A stretch of 64,000 nucleotides of DNA, from positions 10,413 to 74,412 of the IMG/VR virus record IMGVR_UViG_3300027874_000010. One strand, written 5' to 3'. A program made the position numbers and the translations under genes. Of the stretch, positions 18,001 through 27,341 are shown one piece after another. The number at the start of each line of letters is the position of its first letter. Position 1 is the stretch's first letter. Source of the DNA: a virus (Duplodnaviria; Caudoviricetes). Under the pieces are notes generated by a model, which searched no databases, had not been told where the DNA came from, and saw only the letters and a program-made list of their open reading frames with translations.

Positions 18001-21000
18001 TCGCCGTCACCACCGCCGGTAGTGCCTGGGTGAAGGTGACGCTGCCGCTAGAGACGGCCTGGGTCGCGATGACCTGGGCACCGAGCGAGATTCGCAGCGT
18101 GGCCGTGCTGATCGCCTGGGCGACGAACGCGCCCATCATGCTGCCGCCGCCTGCGGCGTAGTGCAGTGCGACCTGGGTGGGCGACAGCGCCACGTTGTAG
18201 TAGGCGAACTGGGCGAGCTTCCCGGTGAAGTTGCCGCCACCGCCGCCGTTGCGCCAACCGAAGTTGTTGGTGATGTTCGTCAGCAGCGCGTAGCCGCTCA
18301 GGTCAATCGTGCCGACCTGGGCACCGTTGACGTAGGCGATGCCCGTGTTGACATCGCGCACGACCACGATGTGGTTCCACTGGTTCTGCTTGATGACACC
18401 CGTCGTGGACTGGATGGCGTGGTTGCCGCCGCTGCTATCGACGTAGTTGGCGTACAGCGCGGTTGGCGTGTCGTACTGCCAGACGTGGAAACCCTGGGTG
18501 GCGGTGCCGTTGCTGTAGTCGATAATCGGCTCGGTGTTGGCCGTTGTCGGGTAGATCCACATTTCCCAGGTGAACGGGTTGCTAATCAGATCCAGCAGTG
18601 AGAACGGCGCGGCGCTGTCCAGCGTGGCGTTGGTCGTGCCATCGAGCGAATAGGCGTAGCTCGGAACGTCAGTTGACAGACCGGGCTGCATGACGTTGAC
18701 GCCTGTCGGATTGGCCCGCATGGTCAGGCCGTGACCGCTCTCATCGAAGGCGTTGGCATCGCCCGCCTCGTGCATCCGCCAGTAGCCTTGAAGCCCCGTC
18801 GTAGCCTCGATGGACGAGCCGAGCGAGTCGCGTGCCTTGATGCCCTTGTAGTAGTGGTCCTGAGCGACGGCCAGGGTCATGACGTTGGTGTAGATCGCCA
18901 TCTCGTCAACGTTGCCCGCAAGGAGCGCGTTCGTGTACGAGTTCTTGCCGACGTAGGTGTTCCCGTATGCGTCAGCAAAGTTGTAGAACGTCCCCTTGCT
19001 GCCCGCCTGGGCCTCGATAGCCCCATTGACCATGACCGTCAGCGTGCCGCCACCGGAGGGCGACCAACTCGCCACGATGTGGTGCCACTGGCCGGTGGAC
19101 AGCGGTCGCCAGGTCGTGATGTTCTGCCAGGTGCCGTTGCCGCTCGTGTCGATAAACCAGTTCAGCGTGCCATTTGTGGCCGCGACCTCCAGCGAGAAGC
19201 CGCCCTTGTTGGTGTTGTCGTAGTAGCGGCGCTGAAAGATGGGCGCGCCAACAGTCCACGACGTGGCCCTTAGCCACGTCTCGATGGTGAAGCCGGTTGT
19301 GGTCCAGGGCGTCGAGTAGTCGCTCGAATAGATGTAGTTGACCGAGCCGTCGAGCGTTGCCGACTTGCCAATGCCATCGCTCAGCGCTGATGTGCCGCGC
19401 GGCTGCAGCGCACCCTGGAGGGCGAGGTTGGCGTTGAGCGCGGAGTCCCAACACGTCGTGCCGGCCGCCTCATCGAAGCGCCAGTAGTACTTGAGCGAGC
19501 CACCGAAGTTACTCAGGATCGTCGTGCTGTACTCGTTGTTCGCTATTGCCGAGGAGGTCGAAGCCTGAGCCTTCGCGATGCCACTCGATCCTGTCCACGT
19601 GATCGGGAGCCAGGTGTTGAGCGAGCTATAGAGGGCTTTGCCCGGCGAGGTGACGGCCTGGTAACAGCCCTCGACAATGTTCACCAGCAGGGCGGTGACC
19701 GCGAACGGATCGGCAACGGCGGTTCCGAGGGGGGTCCACTGGGCATTCAGCGGACCCCACGCCTGGAAGATGGTGTACCCGGTGTCGTAGTACGAGAAGT
19801 AGACCTTGCCAGCAGATTCGGTGATGCGCAGCCACAGGTTGTGGAGGCTCGTATTCGCGACCGTGCCGAGGGTGGTGAGCGTGCCCGCCACATTGGTGCG
19901 CGCAACCACATTCAGATCGACCATCCCGATTTCGAGGTAGTTGTTGCTGTCGATCTGAAGCTGAATCGTGGCGGTCTGGCCGGCCTTCCACGTTGAGGAC
20001 AGTTGCAGGTAGACGAACATGGATTTGTTCGTCAGGTCGTAGCTAGATTTTGAAAGCACCCCGCCATAGGTGCTTGCTCCTGGCCCGGCGTTGTTGACAG
20101 CCAGCGTGTAGGGGAAGGCCCACGGGTAGCCGGAGTAGCCAGAGTCGTTCTCGATTGCGGCTCCCGTGCCCCAGAAGCCCCACAACGTCGTATTCAGCGC
20201 TGGAGCGTTGAAGTAGTCGCTGATGGGGATGGTTGCCCCCATCGCAACCTGCCCCGAGCCGATCAGGAAGTGGTTGGTAATCTGTGATTTGGTGAGCGCG
20301 GTGTTGTACCAGGCAACTTCGTCAACACCGCCGCCGCCACCGATTGAGTAGTTGGTCGTTGGTGATGTCGGATAGCTGTTGCCAAGGACGAGGTTGGCCC
20401 CACCACTGGATCCGGGTCCGGCGAAGCTACCGCCAGTGACAGGGGACGAGCCTTGCAGAATAGAGTCGATGTAGATGGCAGCATTGGCTCCGTCGTACGT
20501 CAGGGCAACGTGGTGCCACACGTCCTTCGTGACGGTGTAGTTGACGCCACCGACCCAAACGCTGCCGCCGGTGCCATAGAACAAGCAATCGAGTTGCGTG
20601 CTGTTGCCTGGGCCGAAGTAGTAGCCAGCACTGCCATTGGTGGTGTCAAAAAACTGGCCGTACGCAACTGTTTGCGTTGAGGACCACTTGAACCAGCACT
20701 CCATCGTGAACGGATTGGTGCCACCAGTGCCGACATCGACACTGGTGCCAGAGATCCTGTCGGTGGTCTGCTGTGTGGTCCATGTCGCGCCGATGTTGCC
20801 CAGTAACGAGCTTGTCGCAGCGCCCTGGACGAGCGAGCCGCTGCTCGTCGCCATCAGGTCGTCGGTGCCTTTGTAGTCGTAGACCCGGCCGCTGCTCTCG
20901 TCCAACCGCCAGTAGTGCCTGAGCGACGACTCGGCGGCGATCATCGTGCCGTACGGATCGGTGGGAGCCGGTGGAGTTGGCCGGATGAACGGAAACGCGA

Positions 21001-22207
21001 TCCACGGGAAGATGTACTGGGTGGTTGTCGCGTTGGTGGCGTAGTTGACCGTGAAACCTGTGGCAGTCATCGAGCCGTGGTCGAGCAACACCTCGGTCGT
21101 GCCTGCCGCCGACACAGACGCTGGCAGGTTGCGCTGCAGCAGCAAGTCGGCTGCACCGCCACCAGTAATGCTGTGCCGCGACTGGGTGCTGAGGACGCCG
21201 TTCTTGTTCTCCCAACAGCCCTGGTTCCAGTTGGTCCCGTCCGAGGCACCGATGGCCGAGCGCCAGCCGGTGGACTGCGCCGTGCTGCTGGTAGCCGAGT
21301 TGGTGAACAGCATGTACGCGCTCGGCTGGAAGCCACAGGTGACCGTCTCGGAGGTAGCCGTCGTGTTGGCGGCTTTGGTGATCGCGCCCACGGCGAAGCT
21401 CGCCGCAGCGCCACCGAGCGCCAGGTAACGCGCACTCACGGCCGTCGCGCTTGCCGTCGTCCAGTTCAGCGTGAAGCCGTTGGCGTCCATGCTGGTCAGG
21501 TCCGCCGCCATCATGGTTGTCGTCGCGCCGCTGGCAGTCAGCAGGTTGATGCACTTGGTCGTGTCCTGAATACGCGAGGCAAGCGCGGTGCTCGACATCG
21601 TTGCGCCGCCTGTGGCCGACTGACTGAACGCCCACCGCGCGGTTGTTGACGCCGCTGCTCCATAGCCAACACCGTTGTTGCCATTGGTCGTCGTAGAGCC
21701 GAGGAGCGCAAACAGCAACAGCTTCGGCTGGAAGCCCGTACCCGTGTACGCCTGGGTGCCGGTGCTGGTCTTGGGCGTGAACGCCGCACTGAAGACACTG
21801 AGATCTGTACCGCCAAGCGCCAGGTAGTGCCCGGTGTAAGACCCGCCGCCACCGACAGTCCAGTTGATCGTGAAGCCGTTGGTGTCGAGCGAGACGAGCG
21901 TGCCTTGCAGGGCATACCCGAGAGCAGCATTGAAGATCGTGCCGCTATTGGTCAGGTAGGCGTTGGAGGTACTACCGTTGGTGGAGGAAGCGTTGTTGCC
22001 CATGCCCCCACCGAAGACACCTTGCTGGCCGGCTCCTGTTCCTACGGTCCACCCGAAGCCGAAGACTGCGTTCGCCTGGTCACCTGTGCCAGCCGGATCG
22101 GAGGCGTTGAACCAGATGATGACCTTGGGCGTGAAGCCACAGGTGTACGAGACGTTGCCGTTCGCCGCTGGTGCGCTGTACGTGCCCTGGTAGGCGAAGA
22201 AGGTCAG
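15086..22207 (-). CDS. Giant tail/fibre protein (~2373 aa): N-terminal GFxPK repeats, three LamG/concanavalin-like domains, long C-terminal xQA repeat region
   Basis: Track ORF 15086..22003. The frame stays open and homologous for 68 more codons to a CTG at 22207. LamG starts LRHYWRLDE, LKYYWRFDE, LQGYWRMHE. Confidence 0.85.
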   Translation of the reverse strand: MTFFAYQGTYSAPAANGNVSYTCGFTPKVIIWFNASDPAGTGDQANAVFGFGWTVGTGAGQQGVFGGGMGNNASSTNGSTSNAYLTNSGTIFNAALGYALQGTLVSLDTNGFTINWTVGGGGSYTGHYLALGGTDLSVFSAAFTPKTSTGTQAYTGTGFQPKLLLFALLGSTTTNGNNGVGYGAAASTTARWAFSQSATGGATMSSTALASRIQDTTKCINLLTASGATTTMMAADLTSMDANGFTLNWTTASATAVSARYLALGGAAASFAVGAITKAANTTATSETVTCGFQPSAYMLFTNSATSSTAQSTGWRSAIGASDGTNWNQGCWENKNGVLSTQSRHSITGGGAADLLLQRNLPASVSAAGTTEVLLDHGSMTATGFTVNYATNATTTQYIFPWIAFPFIRPTPPAPTDPYGTMIAAESSLRHYWRLDESSGRVYDYKGTDDLMATSSGSLVQGAATSSLLGNIGATWTTQQTTDRISGTSVDVGTGGTNPFTMECWFKWSSTQTVAYGQFFDTTNGSAGYYFGPGNSTQLDCLFYGTGGSVWVGGVNYTVTKDVWHHVALTYDGANAAIYIDSILQGSSPVTGGSFAGPGSSGGANLVLGNSYPTSPTTNYSIGGGGGVDEVAWYNTALTKSQITNHFLIGSGQVAMGATIPISDYFNAPALNTTLWGFWGTGAAIENDSGYSGYPWAFPYTLAVNNAGPGASTYGGVLSKSSYDLTNKSMFVYLQLSSTWKAGQTATIQLQIDSNNYLEIGMVDLNVVARTNVAGTLTTLGTVANTSLHNLWLRITESAGKVYFSYYDTGYTIFQAWGPLNAQWTPLGTAVADPFAVTALLVNIVEGCYQAVTSPGKALYSSLNTWLPITWTGSSGIAKAQASTSSAIANNEYSTTILSNFGGSLKYYWRFDEAAGTTCWDSALNANLALQGALQPRGTSALSDGIGKSATLDGSVNYIYSSDYSTPWTTTGFTIETWLRATSWTVGAPIFQRRYYDNTNKGGFSLEVAATNGTLNWFIDTSGNGTWQNITTWRPLSTGQWHHIVASWSPSGGGTLTVMVNGAIEAQAGSKGTFYNFADAYGNTYVGKNSYTNALLAGNVDEMAIYTNVMTLAVAQDHYYKGIKARDSLGSSIEATTGLQGYWRMHEAGDANAFDESGHGLTMRANPTGVNVMQPGLSTDVPSYAYSLDGTTNATLDSAAPFSLLDLISNPFTWEMWIYPTTANTEPIIDYSNGTATQGFHVWQYDTPTALYANYVDSSGGNHAIQSTTGVIKQNQWNHIVVVRDVNTGIAYVNGAQVGTIDLSGYALLTNITNNFGWRNGGGGGNFTGKLAQFAYYNVALSPTQVALHYAAGGGSMMGAFVAQAISTATLRISLGAQVIATQAVSSGSVTFTQALPAVVTATQAVSSATLSQAFALAGATVSQGAPVLTTLTAGLAGTSVAQATVIGPMWEMLTASPVAQAVSTASPRFALGTQVVATQAVTSANLRVPTRLGIALRDTAVLGTPMTLLGRIVLGAPREVAPAFGGNSIGQATLSGTLTAKQALAGTIATQAGLDEILAAPTLLVQGSVIAQAIVSGPLTEWLSTPGIVTQAVATGAPRILLAGPTVTQASTSAVMVQVQALQASFFGQAALDEIGAAPTLKLQGLTATQALSTSAPTVFLPAATVTQVTLAGALSQVNILTGTVTTQAALDEIGATPGLKLSLGNQTIVAQAVFVGAMSNLTGIGTAQASTSAIITVAFPPQVTTAQASSTSAQLIIGMLVTGATVTQAQSTATLTAKLQGATVTQVLSTNTLVLGLAGNAATQAVSTAALSQANALAGTIATQAALDEVGPIPGLKVALGSQAVVAQAISTGAFGTGVQMAGAVLTTTNTTAALKLVLAPVAIVTQAALDEVLGAPTVLLASQSVALSTGTGTLTIGLAGTVTAQALVFGPATELLTGQITTQATLSAIYSPLIGSAVVVAQATATAQVALALQGSVVAQAQATGQLPATYGLAGLTVAQASTSCSLVPASPLVGASAAQATVFVPNPFITYFMAGSVLPQASTSVTALTVRVALSGQVVSQAISACAFGATLVPLPIRAQSQFDALLNTLVAGSVQGQALVQNVPFVLLLAGQSVAQAASSAQTGQRAVLSGTVIAQASLSAPPVNFGLSVVTIAQAQTSGVTFVQAGTEFAGIVTTHVTLDAVLAIGLGASGAAQGGTQAGLTVFVQATVLTASGSTAAITRYQYIQPPPLVAQASSSLSPLRIGLTVVTVAQSSFAAGLLVYLPPSGVLTSVALECEIAIFKMLFGSSVGQATLDATLHINRFEGTTGDGQIIHTGPSRTSVGGSNGRTSAGGRRRATSGSPYGSRTSAGASGKVTWGNPNRGEEPS
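15523..15536. promoter_or_regulatory. Palindrome GATAACGGGTTATC (copy 2 of 7)
   Basis: Inside the tail gene. Confidence 0.65.
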
Positions 22208-22560
22208 GGTGCGATCCTCAGCGTCTGTGCTCTAGCCGCCAGATCCCAAAACGCGGTGCCTGTCGCCTCCAGCATCCACGCCCCCGTCTTGAGCGCGCCT
22301 GCACTCAGGTCGGCTGGTACGTCGGCGGCTGCGCCCGCGCCAGGACCGTCAGCGCCGAGCCAGTAGTAGTCCTGGCCGTAGAACTGCTCGACGTAGTTCT
22401 CGGTGACCCACTCCGTCTCGATCCAGATCGGGTACGTCTCGGCCAGGTAGAAGGTGACGAACTGCACGTCCTGGCTCGGCAAGTCGGCCCACTCGCCCTC
22501 TCTGCTGGTCTTGACCAGGCCGTTGCCGTACCAGATGCGGAAGCCAACGTAGTCGGGCAT
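22204..22560 (-). CDS. Hypothetical tail-region protein
   Basis: Track ORF; coupled to the next gene. Confidence 0.75.
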   Translation of the reverse strand: MPDYVGFRIWYGNGLVKTSREGEWADLPSQDVQFVTFYLAETYPIWIETEWVTENYVEQFYGQDYYWLGADGPGAGAAADVPADLSAGALKTGAWMLEATGTAFWDLAARAQTLRIAP

Positions 22561-22563
22561 AGC

Positions 22564-22577
22564 GATAACCGGTTATC
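22564..22577. promoter_or_regulatory. Palindrome GATAACCGGTTATC (copy 3 of 7)
   Basis: Fills the gap between two tail genes. Confidence 0.7.
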
Positions 22578-22974
22578 AGACCGGCTGCGGCGGCGGCGCG
22601 GGTGCCTGGACCTGGCTCTCGTCCACCACTGGTCCCGCCGGCGACATGGGTGTGACGACGGTGCCCTGGTCCAGGCCAAGCGCCGAGACGACTGCGGCTT
22701 GCTGCTCGGGTGTGCCGTAGGCGTACGCCGTCGCAATGTCAATGGTCGGCACCGGCGTGGTCGCCAAGTTGAAGCTCCGCACGTAGGTGTCGAGGATCTC
22801 GTTGTTGCGGTCCTGCAGCCACTTGGCAGGGTCGTTGCCCTCGCCCGCGACCCACAGCAGCGCCTGGTTCTGCACGTCGGTCGCCTCGATGGTGTACGTG
22901 CCTGCGGCCAGCGGCGGGATGTACGGCGGCGGGGCGACGATGGTCGTACCAGGGGTCGGTGGTTGGTCAGTCAT
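22576..22974 (-). CDS. Hypothetical tail-region protein (possible fibre assembly factor)
   Basis: ATG 22974 overlaps the tail fibre TGA. Confidence 0.7.
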   Translation of the reverse strand: MTDQPPTPGTTIVAPPPYIPPLAAGTYTIEATDVQNQALLWVAGEGNDPAKWLQDRNNEILDTYVRSFNLATTPVPTIDIATAYAYGTPEQQAAVVSALGLDQGTVVTPMSPAGPVVDESQVQAPAPPPQPV

Positions 22975-25900
22975 GCAGCCCTCCCGTCGAGCGCGTCCAC
23001 GCGGCCGGCAAGCTCTTTGATCGCCTCGACCACGATGGGGATGAGTTCGGTGTACGCGATGCCCTCGATCTTGCCTTCTGCACTGCGGCGCACCACGTCG
23101 GGCAATATGGCATCCAGATCCTCCGCGATGAAGCCGTGGTGCGCCTGCGCCGGGTCGTGGACGTAGTTGAAGCGCTGGCCGTCCATGCGGCGCACCGTCG
23201 CCAGGGCGTTGCTCAGCGGGGTCAGGTTGGTCTTCACATCCCGCGTCGAGCCGACCGCCCACGCCTGGTTGACGTAGGGATAGCCGTCACCCCGAAGGTA
23301 GAAGATGTTGATCGAAGCCGCTCGGTTGTAGACCACCATCGCGATGTCACCGGACCCAGTGCCAGCCTGGACTTGCAGTCCGTACGAACCCGACCCGTTG
23401 TAACCAACGAGCAGCGTGCTGTACGAGCCAGTCGCCCCGTAAACATTGAAGACGTTGCCCGCCGAAACGGTCTGTTGGGTATTGACCGTAATCTGACCAC
23501 CAGAAGCAATGGTGAGCCACTGGTTGGTAGCCGTAAACCCGTTGTTGCCCGCGTGCAGCGCGAGCGTGCCCGCCGACTTGATGCGCTGTGTGCCCTGCGC
23601 CGAATCCGACCACATCTCGAACTGGGGTGTGCCGTTGTTGGCCTGGATGAAGTAACCGCCCAGGTCACCCGCCGAGTTGCCGCCCGTGCGAACGAGTACG
23701 TTGAGGTGCGAGCCTGACGACTGCGCGGCGATGAGCACGTCGGCAACGCAATAGATGCCGTAGTTGCTCGATGACGCGCCGCTCTGCGCCGCGATGTAGA
23801 TCCCGAAGGCGCTCGTGATGCCCGCCGCACCCTGGTTGGCGATATACAGGCCGTACTGGGTCGTGAGCGATGAGCCAGCCCCGAGCGACGGGCCATACGC
23901 CAGGAACGTGTAGCCCGTGCCGACCGTGTAGCTTGCCGCCGCCGTGGTCATCACGGCGCTCACCCCGATGATGCCGCTCGTGCCCGCCGAGGTGCCGTTC
24001 ACGACGACCTGAACGCCGAACTGGTTGAGGCCACCCAATGCGGTCGGGTTGACGTATAGCGAGGACTGGTTAGGGCTTGGATTTGCGGCTCCAATGCTGA
24101 TGTTGCCCTGGTTGTTGACCTGCATCCGAACGGTGTTGCCCTGGTAGAAGTCCAGGCCGTTCTGGTTGCCGCCGCTCGTGCGCTTGGAGCCGAGGCCCTC
24201 GCCACCACCCGCGAAGTGCAGCCACGGCTGGTTGACCGTGCCGTCGCCCAGGCCGTTCCTATCAACGTTGACGCTGCCACCTCGGTAGTCGCCGTCCGTG
24301 ACGAAGTACTGGCCCTGCATCCAGCCACCGGTCTGGAAGTTGCCGTTGGTGCTGAAGCCGCCCGCCGAGACGTTGCCCGCGTACCACGCGGCTCCGTTGA
24401 CGCGCAGCGCGTACGCCGGGTCGGTACCGCCCATGATCCCGGTGCGATCCAGGCTGTTGTTGGCCGCGCCCGTGGTGCCCTGGACGATGCTCATGCCAGA
24501 AGCCATCACCAACTGGTTGCTGATGGGTGCGGTGCCCATCCCGACAGCGGTGCTCAGTTGCGTCGAGCCGGCGTTATACAGGCTGATGTTGGTGCTCGAC
24601 GCGCCCGAGGTGTTCTCCAGATACAGGCCGTAGGCGTTGGCGATCCCCGACACGCCCTGGTTACGGACATACACGCCGTACTGCGTCGTGATGGCACTGC
24701 CTGACCCCAGGACGGGAGTCTGCACCCACAGCGCGTACCCCGATGTGACCGTGAATCCAGCGGCCTGGGTGATGACGGAGCAGGCGATGGCTGCAGCAGT
24801 CGCTGTCGTCTGCGAGTTGAACGTCGGGTTGACCCAAAACCCGTAGCCGTTTGGACTAGTAGAGATGAGCAGGGTGCTGCTCATCCGGAATCCCACCGAG
24901 GGATTCGGCACCGTACCCATCCCGATGCCACGGTCGAAGCGGGCTTGACCCAGGCACCACAACCCGACGTTGTTGGTCGATCCTGTCTGGTCCGCGATGT
25001 AGACGCCGTAGGACGTGCCAACACCCGAGACGGTCTGGTTGTTGACGTAGATCCCGTACATCGTCGTGACCGTGGCCCCGCTCTGCACCAGCGCAGCCTG
25101 GATCTGAAGGCCGTAACCGCTGGTCATCGTGAAAACTTGTGCGGCGGTCTGGAAGCCGACCGAGATCGACGCGCCCGAGACGGTTGCGGACGAGTTGAAA
25201 TTGGTCGTGACAGCCAGACCGCTCTGTTGAGTGCCCGTGAGCGTGGAGCCGCCCTGGAGCCAGACCATCGTGGTGCTTGATGGGCCTATGCCGATGCCCA
25301 GGAACGAGTTAAGTTGGGTGGTGCCCGCGTTGTACAGCCCGACGTTCTGGCTCGATCCAGACTGAGCGTCGATGTACACGCCGTAAGCGTTGGTCGCCTG
25401 CCCGCCGCCCTGGTTGTTGACGTGCACGCCGATGGCGTTGGTGATGCTCGAACCCGATCCCCAGGACGGTCCGAGTGCCAGGAAGTCGGTGCTCTCGGCC
25501 TGGGTGAAGCTCGCCGGCTGCGTTGCTGACTGGGCCGCGACCGCCGCGCCCATGACCGTCGCCACACTGGAGGTGATCGCCGCGAACAGCGCGCCGTACT
25601 GGGTCGCACCCGCCAACTGGGTGGACGGCGTGAGCACGACCATGCCCGTGTTGCTCAGGACGGGCGCGCCCACGCCTAGCTGCCCCTGGACGGTCAGGTT
25701 GCCAGTAAGCGTGCCACCCGTCAGCGGCAGGAAGTTGCCTGCGCCCAGGTACGCTGCCAGCCCACCATTGGTGATAACCGCCGAGATGGTCGAGCCACTC
25801 GGCCATGCATAGGCCGTGGTGCTGCCGTTGTAGCTCTCGGCCCCGCGCACCACCGTCAGGGTCGCCGTGCCCTGCCCACCAGTGATCCTGACCAACTCGA

Positions 25901-26063
25901 ACGGACCGTTGACCGGATCCTGGCACAGCACGGCGCGATACTGGCCCGACGACGGCCAGCTACCCGCATCACCCGTCTGGATGGTGAGGCTCGTCGCGGC
26001 GGCGGTTATAGCTCCGTTGAGCGTGCTCTGTAGCCCGTTACCGGGCAGCACCTCCATGACCAT
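22971..26063 (-). CDS. Tail fibre/spike with C-terminal intramolecular chaperone (Peptidase S74-like)
   Basis: STRDVKTNL...HHGFIAEDL...IAYTELIPIVVEAIKEL; internal ~80-aa repeats with YGVY..NQ motifs. Confidence 0.9.
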   Translation of the reverse strand: MVMEVLPGNGLQSTLNGAITAAATSLTIQTGDAGSWPSSGQYRAVLCQDPVNGPFELVRITGGQGTATLTVVRGAESYNGSTTAYAWPSGSTISAVITNGGLAAYLGAGNFLPLTGGTLTGNLTVQGQLGVGAPVLSNTGMVVLTPSTQLAGATQYGALFAAITSSVATVMGAAVAAQSATQPASFTQAESTDFLALGPSWGSGSSITNAIGVHVNNQGGGQATNAYGVYIDAQSGSSQNVGLYNAGTTQLNSFLGIGIGPSSTTMVWLQGGSTLTGTQQSGLAVTTNFNSSATVSGASISVGFQTAAQVFTMTSGYGLQIQAALVQSGATVTTMYGIYVNNQTVSGVGTSYGVYIADQTGSTNNVGLWCLGQARFDRGIGMGTVPNPSVGFRMSSTLLISTSPNGYGFWVNPTFNSQTTATAAAIACSVITQAAGFTVTSGYALWVQTPVLGSGSAITTQYGVYVRNQGVSGIANAYGLYLENTSGASSTNISLYNAGSTQLSTAVGMGTAPISNQLVMASGMSIVQGTTGAANNSLDRTGIMGGTDPAYALRVNGAAWYAGNVSAGGFSTNGNFQTGGWMQGQYFVTDGDYRGGSVNVDRNGLGDGTVNQPWLHFAGGGEGLGSKRTSGGNQNGLDFYQGNTVRMQVNNQGNISIGAANPSPNQSSLYVNPTALGGLNQFGVQVVVNGTSAGTSGIIGVSAVMTTAAASYTVGTGYTFLAYGPSLGAGSSLTTQYGLYIANQGAAGITSAFGIYIAAQSGASSSNYGIYCVADVLIAAQSSGSHLNVLVRTGGNSAGDLGGYFIQANNGTPQFEMWSDSAQGTQRIKSAGTLALHAGNNGFTATNQWLTIASGGQITVNTQQTVSAGNVFNVYGATGSYSTLLVGYNGSGSYGLQVQAGTGSGDIAMVVYNRAASINIFYLRGDGYPYVNQAWAVGSTRDVKTNLTPLSNALATVRRMDGQRFNYVHDPAQAHHGFIAEDLDAILPDVVRRSAEGKIEGIAYTELIPIVVEAIKELAGRVDALDGRAA

Positions 26064-26161
26064 GCGTCACCACCAACGGAACCAGTAGTGGCCCGCGTCG
26101 AACATCAGGTCGAAGAAGAACTTCAGGATCAGGAACAGCAGGATGAGACGGACGAGAAGGA

Positions 26162-26590
26162 TCACGCCTCCGTAACTTTGAGCGCACCCGCCGCGAACGA
26201 GGCTGTCGCACCCGAGCCAACGGTCGTGGCCGAGCCGAACGTGCCCCAGTACAGCAGCGTGCCGACCGTCGCCGTGTCATAGATGCCGTAGCCCGTCGCC
26301 GCCGTCCAGCCTGCCGAGGCCGTGGGGAACGAGATCTGGTTGGCGTTGGTCTTCCACACGCCCGTGGCGTCGGTGGTCGTCGCGCTCCAGGCGGCTGCAG
26401 CGTTGGCCGCGTCGATGGTCGCCCGCGTGTAGCCCGATCCCGAAAGCTCCGTAAACGTGCCGTTGTCAGCCGTCGCCGTGGTGCTAAACAGCGCCGCATA
26501 GCAGCCCGCCGGAGCCGTGTACGCCGCTTTGCCCAGGACGTACTGGAGGATGTTCGAGTCGGTCGTGGAACCGCGTCCTGATGTCGCCAT
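26162..26590 (-). CDS. Virion structural (tail) protein, 142 aa
   Basis: YAALFST...ELSGSGYTR...N...ISFPTA...W...YGIYD...GTLLYWG pattern of phage tail proteins. Confidence 0.8.
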   Translation of the reverse strand: MATSGRGSTTDSNILQYVLGKAAYTAPAGCYAALFSTTATADNGTFTELSGSGYTRATIDAANAAAAWSATTTDATGVWKTNANQISFPTASAGWTAATGYGIYDTATVGTLLYWGTFGSATTVGSGATASFAAGALKVTEA

Positions 26591-26593
26591 CGC

Positions 26594-27058
26594 TCAGGCC
26601 CCCGTCGTGGCTGGTGCTGGCACGTCCTCGGGATTGCCGAGCCGCACGCGACCGGTCGCGTTGCCAGCGGAGTCGAGTTCCGCAACGTAGTGCATGCCGC
26701 GCACGCGCACGAACGAGCCGTCCGCTGGCGGGCCGTCACCCGATACCCACTCGGGATGCCGCGCACTGAACACACCGCGTACCGCCTGGAGATCCAGTTC
26801 GAGCGGCTTGCCTGGCGCTGGTCGGCCCTCGCTATCGAGTTGCGAGTAGTCCTCGGCCACCAGATAGATGGGGTGGCGTCTGACCTGGCGTCCTGGCTCG
26901 GCCGGGTGCGGGTCGAGGTCGTGAGAATTCGCAGCGATTGCGACTTCGATCTGCTGCAGGTTGCAGTCGTGGCAGTTTATGACCGCCGACCACTGATCTT
27001 CGGTGCTGCTGGCATCACCCGTTGGGGGTGGGCTGCTCGACAAGGGCTGGTCCGTCAT
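26594..27058 (-). CDS. Hypothetical protein
   Basis: Track ORF; SD GAGGAG. Confidence 0.75.
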   Translation of the reverse strand: MTDQPLSSSPPPTGDASSTEDQWSAVINCHDCNLQQIEVAIAANSHDLDPHPAEPGRQVRRHPIYLVAEDYSQLDSEGRPAPGKPLELDLQAVRGVFSARHPEWVSGDGPPADGSFVRVRGMHYVAELDSAGNATGRVRLGNPEDVPAPATTGA

Positions 27059-27173
27059 GGCGTTACTTTGCTCCTCTCTTGGACGCAGTGCAACTGGCCT
27101 GCTCCAAGGTGAAATCGTTGCCGAAAACGTGCGAGTTCATGCAAAATAGACGAAAGGAGTTGAAATCTCACCT

Positions 27174-27341
27174 ATGCCGCGACCCATGAAGCCACTCAAG
27201 CCTGTGTGCCAGACGTGCAAAGCCGTGCTACCGCATGCGCTTGCATGTCGCCACGGCCAGCTACTGTGTCTGTCCTGCTGCAAGCACACCCACGCGCCGG
27301 TCGCCGCACAGACCGCCAAGCGTCAGCCAGTCCTCGTCTGA
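27174..27341 (+). CDS. Small Cys/His-rich (RING-like) protein, 55 aa
   Basis: Hand translation CQTC...CRHG..LCLSCC; cassette-type promoter upstream at 27118-27147. Confidence 0.45.
   Translation: MPRPMKPLKPVCQTCKAVLPHALACRHGQLLCLSCCKHTHAPVAAQTAKRQPVLV

Noticed and set aside
16241-18022. 593-aa and 329-aa plus-strand ORFs in the tail gene
   Set aside because: Antisense shadows of the repeat region
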